Positions 7,414-17,126 of a stretch of 57,351 nucleotides of DNA are shown here, piece by piece. Location: assembly GCA_036556145.1 (NCBI GenBank), contig DATBKB010000023.1:1-57351 (forward strand), read 5' to 3'. The position numbers and the translations under genes were made by a program. Under the pieces are notes generated by a model. The model worked only from the letters and a program-made list of their open reading frames with translations. It ran no database searches and had not been told where the DNA came from. Positions within the stretch are counted from its first letter, which is position 1. Every line of letters starts with the position of its first letter. The stretch comes from Candidatus Limnocylindrales bacterium (GTDB lineage: Bacteria; Chloroflexota; Limnocylindria; Limnocylindrales; CSP1-4).

Positions 7414-8705
7414 CCTGGCCCGGCCCGCCCTGGCCCGTCCTGACGCGCCCGCCCGCCGAACACCAGGCGTTCCGTGAAGTCGTTGCGGCACTTGCCGTCC
7501 GGATCCAGGCGGCCGGTCAACGCGACGAAGTCTGCCAGCCGTTCGTAGCGGGCGGCGACCAGTTCCAGCGGAATCGTGAAGAGCTTTCCCCAGTGCGGGC
7601 GGGGCTCGAATGGCGCGAGCGCGCTCTCGATCTCGGGCAGCAGCTCACGGACCGCGGGTTCGTCCGGCCGCCATGTGAAGTGGATCGTCGCGCTGTCGCG
7701 ACGGTACGCGGGGCTGAGCCACAGGTCGTCCGCGGCGACGGAGCGAATCTCGGAGACCTGGACGAGCGGAGCGAGCCGCGCGCGAAGTCGATCCACGGCG
7801 AGGAACGCCTCGACCGCATGCTCGCGCGCGATGAAGTACTCGCTCTGGAGCTCCGCTCCGGCGCTCGGCGTGTGGTCCATCCGGAAGTGTGGGAGCCTGG
7901 CGTGCCAGGGACCCGGCTCGCCGAGCTGCGGCGTGCAAGCTTGCGCCGGCATGCCGGGGATGGGGTGGAGCTGCCTCGTCGCGCGTCGCGCGCCAAGGAT
8001 CTCACCGGGGGCGTCGATGCGCCCATCCGTGACCCGGCGCTTGAGCCAGAGCTGGTCGATCGACGGGCCACGCCACGTCGGGAAGAAGCTGACGCTGTCG
8101 GCCATCGCCGAGATCTCGGCGTAGTACGCGGCGAAGGACTCGAGCGGCAGGTCCTCGTACACATCCTGCCGCATGACGTACGCCGGCTCGACGCGCAGGT
8201 CGAGCGCCGTGACGACGCCGAGCGCACCGAGGGACACGACGGCCGCGTCGACCTCGTCGCCTTCGACGATTCGCAGCTCGCCGTCCGGGCCGACGATCTC
8301 CAGCCGCGTGACCGCCGTCGACAGGCTGCCGCTGCGATCGCCCGAGCCATGCGTGCCGGTCGCGACGGATCCGGCGACCGACACGTGCGGCAGCGAGGCC
8401 ATGTTGTGGAGGGCGAAGCCGGCCTCGTGCAGCGGCTCGCACAGCTCGCCGTAGCGGACGGCGCCATCGATGCGAACGGTACGCGCGGCGGCGTCGACCT
8501 CGAACCGGCGCGGCATGTCGGCGAGCGACACGAGATCCCCGGTCGTGTCGGCCACGTCGCTGCAGGCATGCCCGGTCCCGAGCGCCCGGATCCGAGGCGA
8601 GCGCCGGACGAGCTCCTGGAGCTCGGCCACCGACCGCGGCCGGTAGACATGGCGGGCGCGATAACGGACGTTGCCGAACCAGTTCTGCACGGGCTTCGGC
8701 CGCAC
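7410..8705 (-). CDS. FAD-dependent alditol/xylitol oxidase-like oxidoreductase (FAD_binding_4 + ALO domains)
   Basis: Motifs NWFGN, LGTGHACSD and ASLPHVSVAGSVATGTHGSG, with a C-terminal RPHWGK, are characteristic of the vanillyl-alcohol-oxidase-fold sugar-alcohol oxidases. The start is uncertain: GTG 8705, GTG 8690, or the track start 8795. Confidence 0.85.
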   Translation of the reverse strand: MRPKPVQNWFGNVRYRARHVYRPRSVAELQELVRRSPRIRALGTGHACSDVADTTGDLVSLADMPRRFEVDAAARTVRIDGAVRYGELCEPLHEAGFALHNMASLPHVSVAGSVATGTHGSGDRSGSLSTAVTRLEIVGPDGELRIVEGDEVDAAVVSLGALGVVTALDLRVEPAYVMRQDVYEDLPLESFAAYYAEISAMADSVSFFPTWRGPSIDQLWLKRRVTDGRIDAPGEILGARRATRQLHPIPGMPAQACTPQLGEPGPWHARLPHFRMDHTPSAGAELQSEYFIAREHAVEAFLAVDRLRARLAPLVQVSEIRSVAADDLWLSPAYRRDSATIHFTWRPDEPAVRELLPEIESALAPFEPRPHWGKLFTIPLELVAARYERLADFVALTGRLDPDGKCRNDFTERLVFGGRARQDGPGRAGPG

Positions 8706-8851
8706 TATAGGCCGAGGCCGATGACAATCGGGCGGATCAAGGCGACGCAGCGGCGAAGCGCGTATCGCGCATCTGAGAGATTCCCTCGCCGGCACGGCGC
8801 GTCCGCGGCGCCATCGGGCTGCTATCGATAGGCCATGCGCGGGGTTTCGCC

Positions 8852-10930
8852 TTGAGCCCGCCCCTGAGCCCGCCGCCCGTCTTCGAGGCCCGGCGTAACG
8901 AGCTGCCCGCGTACATCTCGAACGGACTCATGGGCATCCGCGTCGTCGACATCCCGCTCGTGCCCGGGACCGCGATCGTCAGCGGCGCCTCGGGTCTCCA
9001 CCCCGTGAAGCAGGTCGAAGCGGCCGCGCGGGCGCCGTATCCGGTCGCCGGCGACATCGTTCTCAACGGCGTCTCGATGCGCGAGGCGATGCACCTCGTC
9101 CGGTTCTGCGAGCAGCGCTACGACTTCTCGACCGGCGAGCTGACGACCCGGTTCGAGTTCCGGCTCGACGGCGTGGTCGCGTCGGCCGAGACGCTGACCT
9201 TCTGCTCGCGGGCGCAGCCAACCCTCGTGCTCCAGCAGACCAGCGTCACGGTCGACGGACCGGCCGACCTCACGTTGCGGGCGATCGTCGACCCGGGCGG
9301 GATTCCGGGCCGCTACCTGCGCCGCCAGGTCGAGACACCCGGCGAGCCGCAGGCCTCGGTGGACGGCTCCCTGCTGTGGGAAACGCTCGGCGCGATGTCG
9401 AGGATCGGGGTTGCATACGACACCGAGTTCGTCGGTTCCGGCGACGTGACGCCGGGACGCGCCGAGTGGGGTGAGCAGAGTCCGCTCGCCAGCGATTACC
9501 GGGTGCGAGCTCGCTCGGGACGTCGCTACGGCGTCCGACAGATCGCCGGCCTCGTCCCGAGCGTGCTTCACAGCGAGCCGGATCGGCAGGCCGTGCGCCT
9601 CGTCAGCCAGGCTGCGAGCGCGGGCTTCGACGAGCTTCGCCGCCGCAATCGGGCTTCATGGGATGAGGTCTGGCGCGCTCGCATCGTCGTCGATGGACCG
9701 GGACCGCGGTGGCAGGAGCTGACCGACGCGGCGATGTTCTACCTGCTCTCGTCGACGCATCTCGCGTCGCCGTCGAGCACGTCGATCTTCGGCCTCGCCC
9801 AGTGGACGGACTACCACTACTACTACGGACACATCATGTGGGACATCGAGACATTCTCGGTCCCCGTCCTCACCCTGCTCAACCCGCCCGCATCGCGATC
9901 GCTACTCGGCTTCCGGACCCGGACGATGGATGCCGCGCGATCGAACGCGAAGATGGCCGGTCATCGCGGCTTGCGCTTTCCGTGGGAGGCCGGCGCGACG
10001 CGGGGCGAGGAGACCGCTCCCGGCGCGGGCAGCGCGTCGTGGTTCGAGGACCACGTCTCGATCGACGTAGCGTTCGCCTTCGCGCAATACGCCCATGCCA
10101 CGGGCGACGGCGAGTTCCTCGAGATGGAGGCGTGGCCGATCCTCCACGGTGTTGCCGACTGGATCGCCAGCCGCGTGACCGAGACGCCGCGGGGCTTCGA
10201 GCTCCACGACGTCATGGGGATCGCGGAGCGCGAGGAACCGTCGAACAACGAGGCGTTCACGCTCATGGGTGCGGCGGTCGTCCTGCGCGAGGCGATCGCG
10301 TGCGCGGAGCGGCTCGGTCGCCATGTCCCGCCCGAGTGGCGCCGCGTCGCCGACGGGCTTGTGCTGCCGATGGACGCCGATCGCACGCACGTGATCAGCC
10401 ACGACGGCTGGCGCTCGACCGAGTCGAAGGGTGCGACGCCAGGGCCGCTCGCCGGGATCTTCCCGGTCTGGTATCCGCTGCCGGCTGACGTCGAGCAGGC
10501 AACCCTGCGGCGATACCTCGACCTCGCCGACAGCTACGTCGGCTCGCCCATGCTCTCGGCGTTCTACGGCGTCTGGGCCTGCTGGGCCGGCGACCGGGCC
10601 CGCGCTGCCCGACTCCTCGACGAGGGATACGCACAGCTCCACGCCGGGCGCTTCCTCCAGACCCTCGAGACGCGCCCGGATCGAGCGCCGGAAACGCCTC
10701 GCGCCGGCCCGTTCTTCGCCAACCTCGGGGCCTACCTGTCGGGACTCCTGTACGGCTTTCCGGCATTGCGGATCGGGCCCGAGGACCCGGCGACGTGGCC
10801 GCAGCGGCCGGTCGTGCTCCCGGAGGGCTGGCGCTCGATCGAGGTCGAACGGGCGTGGATCCGCGGCCGCCCAGTGTCGATCGTCGCCCGCCACGGCGCC
10901 GACCGCGCGGAGCTCCGGCCCGCCGACTGA
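8852..10930 (+). CDS. Glycoside hydrolase family 65-like protein (disaccharide phosphorylase/hydrolase fold)
   Basis: 692 aa with an N-terminal beta-sandwich and a central (alpha/alpha)6 region containing YYYGHIMWDIETF and FPWEAG...GEE motifs typical of GH65. The start is TTG and is uncertain. Confidence 0.8.
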   Translation: MSPPLSPPPVFEARRNELPAYISNGLMGIRVVDIPLVPGTAIVSGASGLHPVKQVEAAARAPYPVAGDIVLNGVSMREAMHLVRFCEQRYDFSTGELTTRFEFRLDGVVASAETLTFCSRAQPTLVLQQTSVTVDGPADLTLRAIVDPGGIPGRYLRRQVETPGEPQASVDGSLLWETLGAMSRIGVAYDTEFVGSGDVTPGRAEWGEQSPLASDYRVRARSGRRYGVRQIAGLVPSVLHSEPDRQAVRLVSQAASAGFDELRRRNRASWDEVWRARIVVDGPGPRWQELTDAAMFYLLSSTHLASPSSTSIFGLAQWTDYHYYYGHIMWDIETFSVPVLTLLNPPASRSLLGFRTRTMDAARSNAKMAGHRGLRFPWEAGATRGEETAPGAGSASWFEDHVSIDVAFAFAQYAHATGDGEFLEMEAWPILHGVADWIASRVTETPRGFELHDVMGIAEREEPSNNEAFTLMGAAVVLREAIACAERLGRHVPPEWRRVADGLVLPMDADRTHVISHDGWRSTESKGATPGPLAGIFPVWYPLPADVEQATLRRYLDLADSYVGSPMLSAFYGVWACWAGDRARAARLLDEGYAQLHAGRFLQTLETRPDRAPETPRAGPFFANLGAYLSGLLYGFPALRIGPEDPATWPQRPVVLPEGWRSIEVERAWIRGRPVSIVARHGADRAELRPAD

Positions 10931-10970
10931 CGGCCCGCGATCGCGGTCCGGGACACCGACCCGCGCTCGC

Positions 10971-11075
10971 GACGACCCAAAGGCCCAGGGCGGCGAGCGC
11001 AAGCGCCAGGACGCGCCGGAATGCCGCCTCGGGCAGCCGCCGCAGGATCGGCCGCGACGAGTTCCTGCCGCCGAT
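10971..11075 (-). pseudogene. Possible remnant of the C-terminus of a TauE/SafE (TSUP) membrane protein
   Basis: The minus-frame translation IGGRNSSRPILRRLPEAAFRRVLALALAALGLWVV resembles the last TM segment of TSUP transporters. There is no credible start, no in-frame stop, and no remainder of the gene. Confidence 0.25.
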
Positions 11076-11076
11076 G

Positions 11077-11208
11077 TTCGTCGACCGGCCGGCCTGGGGC
11101 GCGGCGCTGCTGAGCGGATCCGAGGTCTCCGGCCGGGCCAACGTCTACGAAGCGACGTTCCGGCTGGCCGTGCTCGACAAGGCCGGCCACGTCCTGGTCG
11201 GCTCAGGC
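11077..11208 (+). pseudogene. Possible remnant of a Gmad2-type immunoglobulin-like domain gene
   Basis: The plus-frame translation FVDRPAWGAALLSGSEVSGRANVYEATFRLAVLDKAGHVLVGSG matches the characteristic V.sP..G..V.S...VSG.AnvFEatf...l.D..G.vl pattern. The frame then runs antisense into the malic enzyme gene, so at most a fragment is present. Confidence 0.35.
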
Positions 11209-12975
11209 CGGGACGAACGGCGCGTACTCCGGCTGCCACATCGCGCGATCGACGGCCGGCTCGATCTGGTCATCGCGATACTGGCGCCCGTAGCCACTGT
11301 CGCGGAGGTGCCGGACGACCTCGATCGCGATCGTCCTGGCGATGGATCGCAGCTCCGCCACCGGCGGGTAGATCGCGCCGGCCGCCAGGCGTTCCGCGCC
11401 GACGCGCGCGGCGAGGGCGCGGGCCGCAACGAGGAACGCGTCGTCAGGCACCTCGCGCGCCTCGGCCACGATGGCCCCGAGCCCGACGCCCGGGAAGACG
11501 AAGACGTTGTTGGCCTGGCCGATCGTCCGGCGGCCGTCCGGCCGCTCGACGTCGCGGCTCGGACTGCCTGTCGCCACGAGGGCCCGTCCGTCGCTCCACT
11601 CGAGGACCTCGGCCGGCTGCGCCTCGGCCCGGTCGCCCGGGTTCGACAGCGGCAGGATGATCGGCTCGTCGCTCTGACCGGCGACCTCGCGAACAAGGGC
11701 CTCCGAGAAGGCCCCGCGGCAGCCCGTCGCGCCGATGAGCACCGTTGCCCGGAGCGCCCGGGCGAGGCGGACCGGATCGACCAGATCGGCGGGCGTCAAG
11801 CCGGCGTCGAGGAACCAGGCCGGGTCGACGGCGAACGGCCGCTGGTCCTCGGCCAGCTCGGCTCGGCCCTGGTGGACCAGCCCGTGGCGGTCCATGAGCG
11901 CGAGGCGCGGGCCGATGTCGCTGCGACCGCCCTCGTCGGCGATCTCGCGGCGGATGAGCCGGGCGATGCCGATTGCGGCCGCGCCGGCACCGAGGATCAG
12001 GAACCGGTCCTCGGCAAGGCCCTGGCCCTTCCGGGCGGCGAGGAGCCCTCCGAGGACCACCCCACCAGTGCCCTGGACGTCGTCGTTGAAGCTCGGCAAC
12101 CGGTGGCGATAGCGGTCGAGGATGCGGAGCGCGTTGTGCTGCTTGAAGTCCTCCCACTGCAGGACGGCCGCGGGGAAGACCTGTCGGACGGCCTCGACGA
12201 ACGCCTCGACGACATCGTCGTAGGCGGTGCCGCGCAGTCGAGGTGCTCGATGGCCGAGGTACAGCGGGTCGTCGAGGAGCTCGGTGCGGTCGGTCCCGAC
12301 GTCGAGCGAAACCGGCAGCGTCCAGGCCGGGTAGATGCCGGCGGCGGCGGTGTAGAGGGCCAGCTTGCCGACCGGGATGGCCATCCCGCCGGCACCCTGG
12401 TCGCCGAGACCGAGGATCCGCTCGTTGTCGGTCACGACGATGAGGCGGATGTCGTCGCCGGCCGCGGCGAGGATCTCGTCCATCCGCCCGACATCGGCCG
12501 GCGTGAGCCAGATGCCGCGCGGTCGGCGGAAGATGTGGCTGAACTCCTGGCAGGCGCGACCGACCGTGGGCGTATAAACGATCGGCAGGAACTCCTCGAG
12601 GTTGCCGGTCAGGACCCGGTAGAAGAGGGTCTCGTTGCGGTCCTGGAGTGCGGCCAGGCCGATGTACCGCTCGAGCTCTTCGGGCTTGCGGCGGACGTGC
12701 TCGAGCTCGAGCGCGACCTGCTCGTCGATCGTCGTCACGCGGGATGGCAGCAGCCCGCGCAGACCGAGCGTGTCGCGCTCCTCCTCGCTGAACGCGGTGC
12801 CCTTGTTGAGCAGCGCCTGGCCGATGACCGCCTGGCCGCGCTCGCGGACGGGCCGAACGCCGTGCGGTGCCTCGAGCGGCAGCCGGGGGCCGGCCGGCTC
12901 GACCGCCGGCCGCGCCGGGCTCGGACCGTTGCGACGGGTCCGGATCGGGACGGGTGCGTCGACGAGCGATCTCAT
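11203..12975 (-). CDS. NAD(P)-dependent malic enzyme
   Basis: Motifs LLNKGTAFSEEER, YTPTVG, FNDDVQGTG, ILGAGAAAIGIA and LPLSNP are present. The start is uncertain: ATG 12975 directly abuts GGAGG, and ATG 13050 is the alternative. Confidence 0.92.
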   Translation of the reverse strand: MRSLVDAPVPIRTRRNGPSPARPAVEPAGPRLPLEAPHGVRPVRERGQAVIGQALLNKGTAFSEEERDTLGLRGLLPSRVTTIDEQVALELEHVRRKPEELERYIGLAALQDRNETLFYRVLTGNLEEFLPIVYTPTVGRACQEFSHIFRRPRGIWLTPADVGRMDEILAAAGDDIRLIVVTDNERILGLGDQGAGGMAIPVGKLALYTAAAGIYPAWTLPVSLDVGTDRTELLDDPLYLGHRAPRLRGTAYDDVVEAFVEAVRQVFPAAVLQWEDFKQHNALRILDRYRHRLPSFNDDVQGTGGVVLGGLLAARKGQGLAEDRFLILGAGAAAIGIARLIRREIADEGGRSDIGPRLALMDRHGLVHQGRAELAEDQRPFAVDPAWFLDAGLTPADLVDPVRLARALRATVLIGATGCRGAFSEALVREVAGQSDEPIILPLSNPGDRAEAQPAEVLEWSDGRALVATGSPSRDVERPDGRRTIGQANNVFVFPGVGLGAIVAEAREVPDDAFLVAARALAARVGAERLAAGAIYPPVAELRSIARTIAIEVVRHLRDSGYGRQYRDDQIEPAVDRAMWQPEYAPFVPA

Positions 12976-13250
12976 CCTCCGGCCAGACTGCGATCGGCCG
13001 TCTCGGCGGGCACGGGCCGTCGGTCGCCAAAGGCGGGGGCCGAAGGACATCCGGCCCGTCCGGCCACCCGGCGGCGCCGGAACAGGACCCTTGGGTGGTG
13101 TCCGGCACCCTCCGCAATAGGGCACAACCCACCACGCACGCCTTTCGGGGCCATTTTCGGGCCGAATTGGGCATGGCCCGCGGTGCTGGGGCGTCTACTC
13201 TTCCCGCTGGAGGGGCCTCCTGTGGTCGTTCGGCTCGTCGAGGGGTCGCG

Positions 13251-15074
13251 ATGACGACGGCATCCGTGCCGGAGCGTCGGCCGCGGCCGTGGCCTCGGCC
13301 CTGGACGCCGCCTCGACGTTGGGTCCTCGGGATCGTCGTGGCGCTCGGCCTTCTCCTCGCCGTTGCCGCCGTTGCAGCGGTCGCCTTCGAGAACGCCTAT
13401 GCCGGCCGTGCGTTGCCGGGCGTGTCGATCGCGGGCGTCGACGTGACGGGCCTTTCGCCAGCCGAGGCGCGCGATCGGATCGCCGCAATCGCGACCGAGC
13501 CGTCGGCGCTGACCGTCGTCATCGGCTCGCGCACGGTCACGGTGCCGGCCGCGGTCTTCGGCCGGACCGCCGACGTCGATGGTGCCGTGGCGGCCGCGAT
13601 GGCGGCGGGCCGAGGCGGCGGCCTCCTGGCCGACGCCGGCGACCGGCTGGCGCTCCTGACGGGCGGCCGCGACATCTCGCTTTCGGTCTCGATCGACGAG
13701 GCGAGGCTCGAGCGCTGGCTCGCCGTGTCGGCGATGCTCGTCGGCCGCCGGGCGGTCGACGCGATGGTCGTCACGACGCCAACCGGCTGGGAGCAGCGGT
13801 CCGACACGTTCGGGGTCGGGCTCGACGAGACGGCGTCGGGCGACATGATCCGGGCGGCGCTCCTCGGCGGTCAGCCGCTCGCGGGACCGCTGACGCTGCC
13901 GATCCGTCCGCTGGCGCCGGTCGTCGACGATCTCGACGTCTCGATCGCGATCGGCAAGGCGAACCGCATGGCCGCCGACGTGAAGCTCGCCCTCGGTGAC
14001 GAGGACTGGACGCTCGCCGGCGCAAAGGTCCGCACGGCGATCGGCTTCGCCGTCCAGGGCGGCGAGCTCGTGCCGGTCGTCGATGCCGAGGCGCTACAGA
14101 AGGCCCTCGCGGCGATCGCGAAGGACGTCAAGGTCGCGCCCGTGCAGACCATCTTCCTCACGACGAAGTACGGGTCGGTCTTCGGTCATGTGCCGGGGCG
14201 GGCCGGTCGGAACCTCGACACGGCGACCACGGCCACCCGCATCGTCGAGCAGCTGTACGCCCGTCGCGACGGTGGGAGCGGCAGCAACATGCCGGTCACG
14301 GTCGCGACCGTCGCGGTCCAGCCGAAGATCAGCGCCGAGGAAGCCGCGAAGATCGCGCCCCGCATGACGCGCATCTCGGGCTGGACGACGCGGTTCGTCG
14401 TCAGCGAGAAGAACGGCTTCGGCAACAACATCATCCTGCCCGCGCGGTACATCAACGGGACCGTCGTGCGGCCGGGTGAGGTGTTCGACTTCTGGCGCGC
14501 CGTCGGGCCGATCACGCCGGCTCGCGGCTTCCGGATGGGCGGGATCATCCAGGGCGGTCACACGGTCCCCACGGGCGCGATCGGCGGCGGCATCTGCTCG
14601 GCGTCGACGACGATGTTCAACGCGGCCGCCCGCGGCGGGTACCAGATCCTCGAGCGCCACGCGCACTACTACTACATCACGCGCTATCCGCTCGGGCTCG
14701 ACGCCACGGTGTCGAAGTCCGGCGGCGTCAGCACCGAGAACATGCGCTTCCGGAACGACACCGGCAGCTCGCTGTTCATCCGCGGCCTCGCCGGGGGCGG
14801 CTGGGTGCGCTTCGAGATCTACTCGCTGCCGACCGGACGGAGCGTCTCCTTCACGCGGCCCAGCGTGTCGAACGTCAGGCCCGCGGTCGACAAGATCGTG
14901 AAGACGTCGAGCCTGCGCCGTGGTCGCACCGACCGGCAGGAGTACCCGGCGAACGGCATGAACGTCGTCGTCAGCCGGATCGTCCGGGATGCCCGCGGCA
15001 AGGTCATCCACCGCAACACGTGGGTCAGCCACTACGGCCGCGTGGACGGCATCCTGCTCGTCGGCACGGGCTAG
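13251..15074 (+). CDS. VanW-domain protein with N-terminal membrane anchor
   Basis: 607 aa. GAGGGG lies 6 nt before ATG 13251. A TM helix (WVLGIVVALGLLLAVAAVAAV) is followed by a C-terminal VanW region (GEVFDFW...GICSASTTMFNAA...Y...H). The upstream part of the track ORF from 12867 is not protein-like. Confidence 0.85.
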   Translation: MTTASVPERRPRPWPRPWTPPRRWVLGIVVALGLLLAVAAVAAVAFENAYAGRALPGVSIAGVDVTGLSPAEARDRIAAIATEPSALTVVIGSRTVTVPAAVFGRTADVDGAVAAAMAAGRGGGLLADAGDRLALLTGGRDISLSVSIDEARLERWLAVSAMLVGRRAVDAMVVTTPTGWEQRSDTFGVGLDETASGDMIRAALLGGQPLAGPLTLPIRPLAPVVDDLDVSIAIGKANRMAADVKLALGDEDWTLAGAKVRTAIGFAVQGGELVPVVDAEALQKALAAIAKDVKVAPVQTIFLTTKYGSVFGHVPGRAGRNLDTATTATRIVEQLYARRDGGSGSNMPVTVATVAVQPKISAEEAAKIAPRMTRISGWTTRFVVSEKNGFGNNIILPARYINGTVVRPGEVFDFWRAVGPITPARGFRMGGIIQGGHTVPTGAIGGGICSASTTMFNAAARGGYQILERHAHYYYITRYPLGLDATVSKSGGVSTENMRFRNDTGSSLFIRGLAGGGWVRFEIYSLPTGRSVSFTRPSVSNVRPAVDKIVKTSSLRRGRTDRQEYPANGMNVVVSRIVRDARGKVIHRNTWVSHYGRVDGILLVGTG

Positions 15075-15094
15075 CGCGACGAGACCAGGGACAT

Positions 15095-15128
15095 CGCGAA
15101 GGGCCCCGCCTCGGCGGGGCCCTTCGCG
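15095..15128. terminator. Bidirectional hairpin between convergent VanW and hsp20 genes
   Basis: CGCGAAGGGCCCCGC-ctcg-GCGGGGCCCTTCGCG forms a perfect 15-bp stem in the 72-nt gap between convergent stops at 15074 and 15147. Confidence 0.6.
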
Positions 15129-15146
15129 TGTTGGCGAGAGACCAGG

Positions 15147-15593
15147 TCAGACCGGAACGACCTTGAGGTGCTTCGGCTTGACTTCCTCGGTCTTCGGCAG
15201 GGTCAGGATGAGGAGCCCGTCCTTGAACGTCGCCTTGGCGGCCTCGGCCTTGATCGGGGTCGGGAGCGCGAAGGTGCGGGTGAAGGTGCCGCGATGCAGC
15301 TCCTTGTAGACGTAGCCGAGCTCGATCTCCTTCTTCTCCTCCATGTACTTGCCGGTGATCGTCACCATCTCGTCGGCGATCGTGACCTCGACCTCCTCCG
15401 GCGTGACGCCCGGCAGCGCGACCTTGGCGATCACGGCCTCGGGCGTCGTGTAGAGATCGAGCGGCGGGAGCACCGGGCGCTCGCCGTTCAGCGGCCAGAT
15501 CGGGCGGAAGAACCGCTCGTCGAACATTCGCTCGACGGCGTCACGGAGCGTGACCATCTCGGCAAATGGCGACGGACGACGCATGAGGGTCAT
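15147..15593 (-). CDS. Small heat shock protein, Hsp20/alpha-crystallin family (second copy)
   Basis: 148 aa from ATG 15593, with CAGGAGG 7-8 nt upstream. The alpha-crystallin domain reads DLYTTPEAVIAKVALPGVTPEEVEVTIADEMVTITG...FTRTFALP...DGLLILTLPK. Confidence 0.9.
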   Translation of the reverse strand: MTLMRRPSPFAEMVTLRDAVERMFDERFFRPIWPLNGERPVLPPLDLYTTPEAVIAKVALPGVTPEEVEVTIADEMVTITGKYMEEKKEIELGYVYKELHRGTFTRTFALPTPIKAEAAKATFKDGLLILTLPKTEEVKPKHLKVVPV

Positions 15594-15795
15594 CGGACAA
15601 CCTCCTGTCCAGGCCCGGGGAGGCGGGCCGCGCATTGGTGGCATCCGGTCCCGGGCGACACTGAACTGTGGCCCGCGGACGGTCGCGGCGGCCAGAGCCG
15701 GGCGAACCGTTCTGACGGGACAGTCGTCCCGATCTGCCTACGCCGGCCCCGACCCGGGACGCCGCCGAGCTGCGTAGGCGCGGCGGCTGGCGCCG

Positions 15796-16413
15796 TTACG
15801 AGGCCGGTGGCGTGTAGATCACCCGGATCGTCTTCTTCGTCGACTGGTCGTCGCCGATGCGGAAGGTGAGCTTGTTCTCGCCGTCCTTGAGGCCCACGGT
15901 CATCGCCCAGTGCCCGGTGCCGTCCGCGGTCGTGTGCTGATCCGGCGCGAGGCTGACGTCCCTGGTGATCGTGAGGCCGGGCGGGGCCATGCCGATGACG
16001 GTGACGTCCTTCGTCGCGACCTGCTGGCCGTCGGTCGGGCTGATGATCGCGATGCCGGTGATCGGCGGCGTCGGGGCGGCCGACGGTGTCGGGGTCGGCG
16101 TCGGTTGCCCCGGCAGGGCGGGCGCACCACCGTCCCGTGTGAGCCAGCCGTAGCCGAGAAGGCCGAGCGCGACGATGATCGCCGGGAGGAGGAGGCCCGT
16201 GCCGCGGCGCGTCTCGACGCGCCGCTCGGTCACCGGTTCGGCGGCGGGCACGCGCTCGGCGGCGGGGACCGACTGGGCAACCGCGACCCGCTCGGTCTCC
16301 GAGTCCTTCGCGGTGGCGGCACCGTCGACCTGGCGACCACATCCGGGACAGAACGCCATCTCGGGCGCGAGGCGGGTCCCGCACTGGGGGCAGAACCGGT
16401 TGAGCACCGTCAT
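15796..16413 (-). CDS. Zinc-ribbon membrane protein with Pro/Thr linker and Ig-like extracytoplasmic domain
   Basis: The order is CPQCG...CPGCG zinc ribbon, TM helix (LLLPAIIVALGLLGYGWL), PTPTPTPS linker, then a beta-rich C-terminal domain. The start is taken at ATG 16413. Confidence 0.6.
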   Translation of the reverse strand: MTVLNRFCPQCGTRLAPEMAFCPGCGRQVDGAATAKDSETERVAVAQSVPAAERVPAAEPVTERRVETRRGTGLLLPAIIVALGLLGYGWLTRDGGAPALPGQPTPTPTPSAAPTPPITGIAIISPTDGQQVATKDVTVIGMAPPGLTITRDVSLAPDQHTTADGTGHWAMTVGLKDGENKLTFRIGDDQSTKKTIRVIYTPPAS

Positions 16414-16485
16414 CAACCGATCGTCTCCCCCGCGGTGCTGCAAATGCGCAACATGGACGGTGGCGGCTCGTGCAGACTGCCGAGC

Positions 16486-17100
16486 ATGATGCCTGCACCC
16501 CGGGCGCTGGGCCGCGCGCTCGCACTGTCGGCGGTGAGCGTCGCCTGGGGCGCCCTCGTCGGTTCGATTGCGGTCGTCCTCGCGGTCGCGACGGGAAGCC
16601 TCTCACTGCTCGGGTTCGGAATGGACTCCGCGATCGACGCCGGCGCGTCGGTGGTCCTCATGTGGCGGTTCCTGATCGAGCGGCGCCACCCGCATCGGGC
16701 CGAGCGCGTGGAGCGCGTGGCGGAAGGCGCCGTCGGCCTGGCGCTCGCCGCGCTCGCCGTCTACCTTCTCGCCGGGGCATCCTCGGCGTTGCTGGCCGGC
16801 GATCAACCGGAACGATCGGACGCGGCGACCGTCCTGCTGATCGCCTCGGTGGTGTTCCTGCCCGGCCTCTCCATCGCCAAGTGGCGCGTCGCGAGGCGGC
16901 TGAGCAGCCGAGCGCTCCGCGCCGACAGCCTCCTCACGGGCGTCGCCGGCCTCCTCGCAGGCATCGGTCTCGTGAGCACCCTCGTCACCGCGTGGTTCGG
17001 GCTGTGGTGGGCCGACGCCGTGGCGGCGATCGTCGTCGCCGCGCTGGTGGCGCCGGAAGCGGTGGGCGCGATCCGGAGTGCGCGTTCCCCGGCCGAGTGA
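16486..17100 (+). CDS. Cation-efflux (CDF-like) membrane protein, TM domain only
   Basis: About 204 aa and multi-TM, with the CDF-like pattern S.SLLGFGMDSAID..ASVVL in TM2. There is no C-terminal cytoplasmic domain. Start alternatives are 16444, 16453 and 16486. Confidence 0.6.
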   Translation: MMPAPRALGRALALSAVSVAWGALVGSIAVVLAVATGSLSLLGFGMDSAIDAGASVVLMWRFLIERRHPHRAERVERVAEGAVGLALAALAVYLLAGASSALLAGDQPERSDAATVLLIASVVFLPGLSIAKWRVARRLSSRALRADSLLTGVAGLLAGIGLVSTLVTAWFGLWWADAVAAIVVAALVAPEAVGAIRSARSPAE

Positions 17101-17126
17101 TGCCGGGCGCCGCATCGCGCCGTCGG

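Noticed and set aside
12976-13250. 275-bp divergent intergenic region upstream of the VanW-domain gene, with short complementary segments (GGGTGGTGT...ACAACCCACC, GGAGG-gg-CCTCC), considered as a possible riboswitch such as the cyclic-di-AMP class found before cell-wall genes
   Set aside because: I could not match any riboswitch consensus by eye, and the pairings are short and imperfect. An Rfam/Infernal scan of 12976-13250 on both strands would settle it. Without that the claim is unsupported.
15081-15146. Direct repeat GAGACCAGG (15081-15089 and 15138-15146) flanking the bidirectional terminator hairpin, considered as a possible miniature mobile element or target-site duplication
   Set aside because: Only 9 bp match. 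There are no terminal inverted repeats beyond the terminator stem itself, and I saw no other copy of the unit in the window. It is most simply a coincidence.
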